Part shown: positions 58,214 to 64,000 of the stretch, in pieces
Position numbering within the stretch: position 1 is the stretch's first letter
Layout of the letters: every line of letters starts with the position of its first letter
NCBI GenBank assembly: GCA_964473825.1
Contig: CAYYQL010000001.1
Coordinates: forward strand, 96,001-160,000
Source of the DNA: an uncultured archaeon
Lineage (GTDB): Archaea; Asgardarchaeota; Thorarchaeia; Thorarchaeales; Thorarchaeaceae
Length of the DNA stretch: 64,000 bases
Reading direction: 5' to 3'
Position numbers and translations under genes: made by a program
Notes under the pieces: model-generated
What the model was told of the DNA's origin: nothing
Databases searched by the model: none
The model's input: the letters and a program-made list of their open reading frames with translations, nothing else

Positions 58214-58969
58214 TCACTCAGAAACTGACCTCTGCGATATCAGTTCATTCGCCGCAGCAAGGACACCGGGAGATAGCACATCTCTGTTGGACTCAATATG
58301 ATCCTGCAAAGAGCATACTTCAGCTATTACCCGGTCGATTTCATCATCGAGAATCTCACGTCTATCCTCAATCTCAAGCGTCTGTTGTTCAACCTGTTCC
58401 AGCATCCGTCGGTAAACCGAATACTGCTCAAGAAGATTTGAAAGAATTCTGAGAAGATTCTCGGGTCTCTCAAGATCGCTATCGAGGAAGGAGTCCATGT
58501 CGTCTTCAATCTTGAGCAGGACCACTCGAAGAGCGTAATATGCCTCATAGTCTCGCGGGTATGCCTCTGCATGTTCCCTAGCAAGGCTGAGAGCCTCAGG
58601 TGCTCTCCCTTCAGACACCAGCAACCGGACTAGGTCTTCAAAGACATGATGGCTCCTTGGTTCTAGCTCGATTATGTCACGATAGATGGCCTCGGCCTCA
58701 TCGCTTCGAAGACAACTATCAAGTAGATGTCCAAGAGCTCCTGCGGCTCTCTCATGTGTAGGATTGCCGTGAAGAACACTGCGTAGAACTCTTTCAGCCC
58801 TCTCATCCCGAGCCATTGACGCAAGAGTGATGCCAAGGTCAACCTTCAGCTCTTCGTTATCAGGATACGCCTCTAGACCTTCGCGGAGAATACTCTCAGC
58901 CTCTTCGTATCGCTCATCGCGGCGTAGTTCACGAGATCGTTCTATGAGCTTTTCTGCGTCTTCGTCCAT
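58214..58969 (-). CDS. Tetratricopeptide-repeat protein
   Basis: Repeated YEEAESILREGLEAYP / AEAIYRDIIELEP TPR-like helices; start at MDEDAE. Confidence 0.78.
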   Translation of the reverse strand: MDEDAEKLIERSRELRRDERYEEAESILREGLEAYPDNEELKVDLGITLASMARDERAERVLRSVLHGNPTHERAAGALGHLLDSCLRSDEAEAIYRDIIELEPRSHHVFEDLVRLLVSEGRAPEALSLAREHAEAYPRDYEAYYALRVVLLKIEDDMDSFLDSDLERPENLLRILSNLLEQYSVYRRMLEQVEQQTLEIEDRREILDDEIDRVIAEVCSLQDHIESNRDVLSPGVLAAANELISQRSVSE

Positions 58970-59255
58970 TCTAAGGTCTCCGCAGTCATCCTTCAGTACC
59001 GAACCACTGTGCTGGAATGATATAAAAGTCGCGACCCTCGGCAACCCATCGAAGAACAGCTAACATGTGAACCTGTCATCGATGCATCTAACAGGGCCAG
59101 TCAGAGTGTTGACTCGTCCTACAGTACTTTGCAGCTCAGTTAGTTGAAGTTGTGGATTATCATTGTATTCTGTCCAATAGTGTTCTCAAGAGAAGTATGG
59201 GCAAATGTTGCAGAGGCCTTTTTATGTCAACAAAGCTTTCCTCAAGTCGGTAGAT

Positions 59256-60692
59256 ATGATGATCGAACTCTACAACACCCGTACACGCAAGAAAGAAGAA
59301 CTCCGGCCGCTCAACGACAGGAAAGTTGGCATGTATGTTTGCGGTCCAACAGTGTACGATTACCCACATATTGGGAATGCTCGATCATTTGTTGTCTTTG
59401 ACATGATCCGACGCTATCTCGAGTATCGCGGATTCAATGTCTACTACGTCACGAATTTCACGGATATTGACGATAAGATGATCAAACGAGCAAACGAAGA
59501 AGGCATAGAGGTCTCCGAGCTCGCAGAGAAGTTCATTGCTGAGTACAGACAGATTGCCAATGAGCTTAATCTAAAACCGGCAAACATCAATCCCAGAGCA
59601 ACGGAACACATTCCTCAGATGATAGAAATGATCGAGAAAATCCTTGAACACGGCAAGGCTTACGTCGTGGAAAGTGATGTTTACTTCGATGTCAGCGAGT
59701 TTGAACGATATGGCGAGTTGTCCGGCGTTGACCCAGAAGAGCTATCGGCGGGCGCAAGAGTTGGAATTGATGATAAGAAGCAAGATCCTCGCGACTTCGC
59801 CCTGTGGAAAGCTGAGAAACCCGGTGAGCCTTCTTGGGATAGTCCGTGGGGGAAGGGTCGACCCGGCTGGCACATGGAGTGCTCCGTTATGGGGAAGCAC
59901 TATCTCGGAGTCCCATTCGACATCCACGGGGGCGGTCAAGATCTGATATTTCCACACCATGAAAACGAGATTGCCCAGACGTCAGCTGCATACGATGTGG
60001 ATGTGCCCGTCAGGTACTGGCTGCATAATGGATTTCTCACCATAAATACTGAGAAGATGTCCAAGTCCGAAGGCAACTTCTTCACCGCACGAGAGGTTCT
60101 GGATAATTTTGACAATCAAGCAGTGAGGTTGTTCCTCATGTCCGGTCACTATCGGCAACCGCTTGATTACAACACCCAAGCACTTCAACAAGCAGAACAG
60201 TCAATGGAACGACTCCGCAATGCAGCAGACACTATCCGCGGCAGAATCTCCATACTTGAACGGAAAGGTCTTGGTCATACTGATTCAGACGATATCTTGA
60301 GGACCGCAAACGAGGTTGTAAGACACAGCTTTGAAAGTGAGATGGATGACGATTTCAACTCACCCGGAGCGTTTGCAGCACTCTATTCTTTCGTTCGCGA
60401 AATCAATACTCATTCCTCAGAAGCCGAGAATCCAGCGGTGCTTCGAGAATCACTCGCTACACTATCAGAACTTCTTGCAGCTCTCGGACTCGACATAGAG
60501 AGATCAACGGATACCCGAACCGACGCGTCACAGAAGATGCTTAAAGAAACTGTTGAGCTACTCCTTGAACTCAGAGAGAGAGCACGAGAGGAGAAAGACT
60601 ACGAAACTGCTGACATGATCAGAGAGAGATTGGGCGACGCGGGAATATCTATCTCTGACACCAAGGATGGTCCCACCTGGAAAATCGAGTAG
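59256..60692 (+). CDS. cysS: Cysteine--tRNA ligase
   Basis: YVCGPTVY, HIGNAR, GRPGWHMEC, FPHHENE and KMSKS motifs. Confidence 0.97.
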   Translation: MMIELYNTRTRKKEELRPLNDRKVGMYVCGPTVYDYPHIGNARSFVVFDMIRRYLEYRGFNVYYVTNFTDIDDKMIKRANEEGIEVSELAEKFIAEYRQIANELNLKPANINPRATEHIPQMIEMIEKILEHGKAYVVESDVYFDVSEFERYGELSGVDPEELSAGARVGIDDKKQDPRDFALWKAEKPGEPSWDSPWGKGRPGWHMECSVMGKHYLGVPFDIHGGGQDLIFPHHENEIAQTSAAYDVDVPVRYWLHNGFLTINTEKMSKSEGNFFTAREVLDNFDNQAVRLFLMSGHYRQPLDYNTQALQQAEQSMERLRNAADTIRGRISILERKGLGHTDSDDILRTANEVVRHSFESEMDDDFNSPGAFAALYSFVREINTHSSEAENPAVLRESLATLSELLAALGLDIERSTDTRTDASQKMLKETVELLLELRERAREEKDYETADMIRERLGDAGISISDTKDGPTWKIE

Positions 60693-60797
60693 ACAGCCCG
60701 AAACAGATTGCGTCTTCTTAGTACAACGGCCTCTTGGTCGATATTGACAGTTGACTCGGTCGTAGTACTTTTCGGGGCAAACTCAATCGAAGCCTGT

Positions 60798-62183
60798 TCA
60801 ACGGTTCTTGACATTGATAAGGAGCCCAGGGTCATCCAGCACATAGATGCGTGGATTCTTGTCTTCAGTGTTCTCTTTCAAATACCGCTGAACCAGCTCT
60901 CTCAACACACGTTGACTATCTTCAGGAGTTTCAGGATTACAGGCCTCCATCCGATAGATATCACCCATTTGCTCAGGATCGAGCTCAGTCACAACTTTGA
61001 TGTTCTTCTCCGCCACATCAAGCAGGATTCTCAAAAGGTCAGGCGGCTTCTGATTTCCTATCTTGAATGTCTGTTCAGAGCCATACTTCTCAATCACAAA
61101 TCTAAGAGCGTCTTTCACCATCATGTCCTTAGCAGCAGTCATTGCCTCCTCATATGCTGCACTTCCCACGCCTTCTTGGCAAGGCGCAAGAAGAACAATC
61201 CAACCTTGGAGGTCATGACGAACAGCATTCCATGCGGCGTGGATCCCCTTGCCGGCCTGGTACAGATTGATTCCGAGCTCGCCCACAGATACAAACACAA
61301 CATCGGCGGGTTCCTGTACATCTACGACTCTTAGATCTCTGAGAGGAGCAGAAGCTGCCTTGTGGCAATCGATGATGTCACCCGCCTGAAGGTATACAAT
61401 CTCACCATGGTGTACAATGGTGTCAATGCAGAATATCATGAGATGCTCCTTCATCTGCTCAGTGATCTCAATCATATCTTGGATGACAGGATTGTCCTCG
61501 GTGTTCCCAAGTCGACAGCCGGGAACAAATCCCTTCTCTACATCAAACATTTTCGGATGATTGACTCGGATGGTCTCTCGGCCGGCCACACCAGGGCAGA
61601 AGAGCTTCACGGTACCTGCTTGCCCGGCGAAGTAATGGTATTCCGAGTCGCTCAGCGCTATGACAAGGCACGAATCTATGACCCGTTCATCAATGAAAAT
61701 CGGAGTACCTCGAGATGTCTTTCCCATGTGGCGGTTGCCTGAGTCACAATCATGAATCAGTATGTTATCCTTCCACTCCGCATAGAGCTCAGGATTGAGA
61801 ATCTTGTTTTCGAGTGCAGATGCCCTCGGTGGGACGTGTGACCCACTGGCAACGATAATCTTGATGTCCTCTTTGCTTACGCCATTCTTCATCAATCGTT
61901 CTGTCAATCTAGGCAGAATAGCTCTTGTGTGAATATTCGGACGTGTATTGTCATCAACTATGATGATGACCGTCGCTCCCTCAGAATAAAGGTCTGAAAC
62001 CATTGTGTCAAATGGCCTCGTTCCTAGAGGATTGGCAAGCACCTCATTGAGCTTCTCTTCAAAATCTGAAAAAACCGGTTCAAACTCTTCAATCTTGAGA
62101 ACCCGAACGTCAGTGAAGGATTTTGGAATGAATTCGTCAATAACGTAGTTCCCGTACTTCAAGGGTGTATTGTGATAATGCAT
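60798..62183 (-). CDS. LarA-family (nickel-pincer) racemase/epimerase
   Basis: DDNTRP, ASGSH, HD, HYFAGQAGTVK and NLYQAGKG motifs; substrate not predictable. Confidence 0.82.
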   Translation of the reverse strand: MHYHNTPLKYGNYVIDEFIPKSFTDVRVLKIEEFEPVFSDFEEKLNEVLANPLGTRPFDTMVSDLYSEGATVIIIVDDNTRPNIHTRAILPRLTERLMKNGVSKEDIKIIVASGSHVPPRASALENKILNPELYAEWKDNILIHDCDSGNRHMGKTSRGTPIFIDERVIDSCLVIALSDSEYHYFAGQAGTVKLFCPGVAGRETIRVNHPKMFDVEKGFVPGCRLGNTEDNPVIQDMIEITEQMKEHLMIFCIDTIVHHGEIVYLQAGDIIDCHKAASAPLRDLRVVDVQEPADVVFVSVGELGINLYQAGKGIHAAWNAVRHDLQGWIVLLAPCQEGVGSAAYEEAMTAAKDMMVKDALRFVIEKYGSEQTFKIGNQKPPDLLRILLDVAEKNIKVVTELDPEQMGDIYRMEACNPETPEDSQRVLRELVQRYLKENTEDKNPRIYVLDDPGLLINVKNR

Positions 62184-62291
62184 AGCAGCTCACCCTTTCA
62201 ATGATAGACACGAAGATAACCATTGCGGCCTTTGTGAAAACCCTCAGAATAAGGTCCGTGTGACAAGCCTTATATTGCTCTCCTCTTGGAT

Positions 62292-62328
62292 TTAGATAAG
62301 TCTAAGTTCGAGTTAGTCGTAGCTAACT
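62292..62328. promoter_or_regulatory. Two DtxR/MntR-type metal-repressor boxes upstream of feoAB
   Basis: TTAGA-TAAG-TCTAA (62292-305) and AGTTAG-TCGTAG-CTAACT (62311-28) both fit TTAG-N6-CTAA. Confidence 0.6.
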
Positions 62329-62404
62329 TTGGTGTCTAAGCTCAAAATCAAGCAGAGGGCTCTCCATAAGGTCAGATTAGTACACAGCAAGGAAGCAGAA
62401 GCAT

Positions 62405-62800
62405 ATGGATAAAACCGGTTCACATGACGAGAAAACTTCAGCAGTTCAGAGGCTTACAGAGGCAGAACCGGGCGCAGAATACGCGATAGTAGGTCTTGCA
62501 CGAAGCAAGTCGGATACGGGCGTCGGGGCTAGAAGAGGACGTGGTCACGGCCGCCGAGGTAGACGTCACAAGTCCATGAAAGGACCCTTCAAGCAGCATT
62601 TCGCAAGAAACCCTCATTCTGAGATGAGAGAGATAATGGGAAGACTTGTCGATCTGGGGCTTACAAGAGGATGTAAATTCAAGGTGGTTCAGGGAGGAAC
62701 AAAGGGACCTGTGCTTGTAGAGATAAGGGGAACCAGAATTGCCCTCGGACACGCGTTAGCTGAGAGGGTACTAGTTAAGGAGGCGACATCAGCAAGATGA
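62405..62800 (+). CDS. feoA: Ferrous iron transport protein A
   Basis: RLVDLGLTRG...GPVLVEIRGTRIALGHALA; ATGA overlap with feoB. Confidence 0.88.
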   Translation: MDKTGSHDEKTSAVQRLTEAEPGAEYAIVGLARSKSDTGVGARRGRGHGRRGRRHKSMKGPFKQHFARNPHSEMREIMGRLVDLGLTRGCKFKVVQGGTKGPVLVEIRGTRIALGHALAERVLVKEATSAR

Positions 62801-63609
62801 AGGTTCGTGTTGCTCTGATAGGGAATCCAAACGTTGGAAAATCAGTGGTCTTCAACAACTTGACAGGTTTGAAGCAGCACACAGGGAATTGGCCGGGAAA
62901 GACCGTTGAGCAGAAGACAGGGTTCTTCGAGTACAAGGGGCATGAATTTGAGATTGTGGACCTCCCAGGTGTATATAGCCTGAGTGCACTCTCCGAAGAT
63001 GAGAGGGTTGCCAGAGACTATCTCATACACACAAGGCCAGATGTGGTTGTTGATATCGTCAATGCCTCTCAGGTCGAGAGGAATCTCTACCTCACTCTTT
63101 TGCTTGTGGAGCTACAGCTTAACCTCGTTGTAGTTCTGAACATGTATGACGTAGTCAGAAGTCGAGGAGATAAGATCGACACACAGAAACTTTCAGAGAA
63201 GCTTGGAACAAAGGTTGTCACGACTGTAGCCACAAAGGGGGAGGGAATGGACGACCTCAAGGAGGCGATTCTTGAGGCTGCTGAAGAACACGCACTGTCG
63301 AAGGAGAGGTATGAAAGAGCAGACCTCCACCTGCCAGGTGACATCAATGGAGGAGACCACCTTCACTATCATCCTCGAGAGCATCACCACGGAGAATACG
63401 AGCGATTGAAGCCACCAAGGATCAAGTACAGTACCGATATTGAGAGGAAACTGAAGCGGATTCTGGAGATTCTGCGAGATGAACGAGAGATTCTTGACAG
63501 ATTCCCGCCGCGTTGGCTTGCCTTGAGGATACTAGAACGTGATCCCGATGTTATGAGTTTGATTGGTGATGAGGAACTCCAAAGCCAACTGTTGGAGGTG
63601 ACCGTTTGA
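62797..63609 (+). CDS. feoB: FeoB cytoplasmic GTPase/GDI domain (split feoB, N-terminal part)
   Basis: GNPNVGKS, GNWPGKTVE, DLPGVYSL, ERNLYL and LNMYD; no TM region. Confidence 0.88.
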   Translation: MKVRVALIGNPNVGKSVVFNNLTGLKQHTGNWPGKTVEQKTGFFEYKGHEFEIVDLPGVYSLSALSEDERVARDYLIHTRPDVVVDIVNASQVERNLYLTLLLVELQLNLVVVLNMYDVVRSRGDKIDTQKLSEKLGTKVVTTVATKGEGMDDLKEAILEAAEEHALSKERYERADLHLPGDINGGDHLHYHPREHHHGEYERLKPPRIKYSTDIERKLKRILEILRDEREILDRFPPRWLALRILERDPDVMSLIGDEELQSQLLEVTV

Positions 63610-64000
63610 AAGCGACCGAGAATACCAGAAGGAATGGTGAAGCCCTTGTTGAGGAGCAGCTCATAATCGATCCTCAGATTGTATTGGCTGATGAGCGTTA
63701 TGAGGTCATTGGAGAAATCCTTTGCGAGGTATATGAACCTGGAGCAGGTAAGTGGCACCTTAGCGACATGCTCGACGAGGTTTTTCTTCACAAGTATCTC
63801 GGAGTGCCAATCTTCTTGGTAACCATGTGGGCCATGTTCACCTTCACCTTTGAGGCGTCACTAGTATTCATGACTATGATAGAGGCTCTGTTTGAATGGC
63901 TAGGAGGATTCACATCGCAGATCCCCGTTCCATGGTTAGCATCACTTGTTACTGAGGGGATTCTCGGAGGGGTGGGATTCATTCTGACTTTCATTCCACC
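63606..64000 (+). CDS. feoB: FeoB membrane domain (split feoB, C-terminal part; runs off the window end)
   Basis: Not in the ORF track. TTG at 63606 overlaps the TGA stop and follows a GGAGGTG SD; translation reads ...LADERYEVI...SDMLDEVFLHKYLGVPIFLVTMWAMFTFTF. Confidence 0.85.
   Translation, partial: MKATENTRRNGEALVEEQLIIDPQIVLADERYEVIGEILCEVYEPGAGKWHLSDMLDEVFLHKYLGVPIFLVTMWAMFTFTFEASLVFMTMIEALFEWLGGFTSQIPVPWLASLVTEGILGGVGFILTFIP

Overview
Chromosomal window from an Asgard archaeon, most likely Thorarchaeia. This is inferred from GGAGGTG ribosome-binding sites, several longin-domain proteins, an Arf-like GTPase fusion and giant acidic surface glycoproteins. About 45 coding regions and one tRNA-Cys(GCA) are supported; no rRNA and no CRISPR array were seen. 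Housekeeping and metabolic genes include aspA, ggt, a kbl/bioF-family enzyme, ppa, nadA, cysS, a larA-family protein, feoA plus a split feoB, signal peptidase I, and ABC and MFS transporters. Main points of interest: (1) a tandem pair of longin-GTPase-longin-wHTH-wHTH proteins, one with an intact Arf-like GTPase and one with a degenerate GTPase, plus two more longin proteins, including a multi-TM-longin fusion; (2) a 14.6-kb two-gene operon of giant surface proteins, one a TSP3-repeat protein with long amphipathic helical and beta regions and the other an FG-GAP propeller protein; (3) an NAD-kinase-wHTH fusion with an altered GGDG motif, divergent from nadA across palindromic sites; (4) a 722-bp internally deleted IS607 element encoding an in-frame TnpA'-'TnpB chimera, which disrupts an LLM oxidoreductase gene at a GG(T) core; (5) an orphan m6A plus circularly permuted m5C methyltransferase pair; (6) a structured intergenic RNA candidate; and (7) two Sm-like paralogs. 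All family assignments come from reading motifs by eye; no database search was run.
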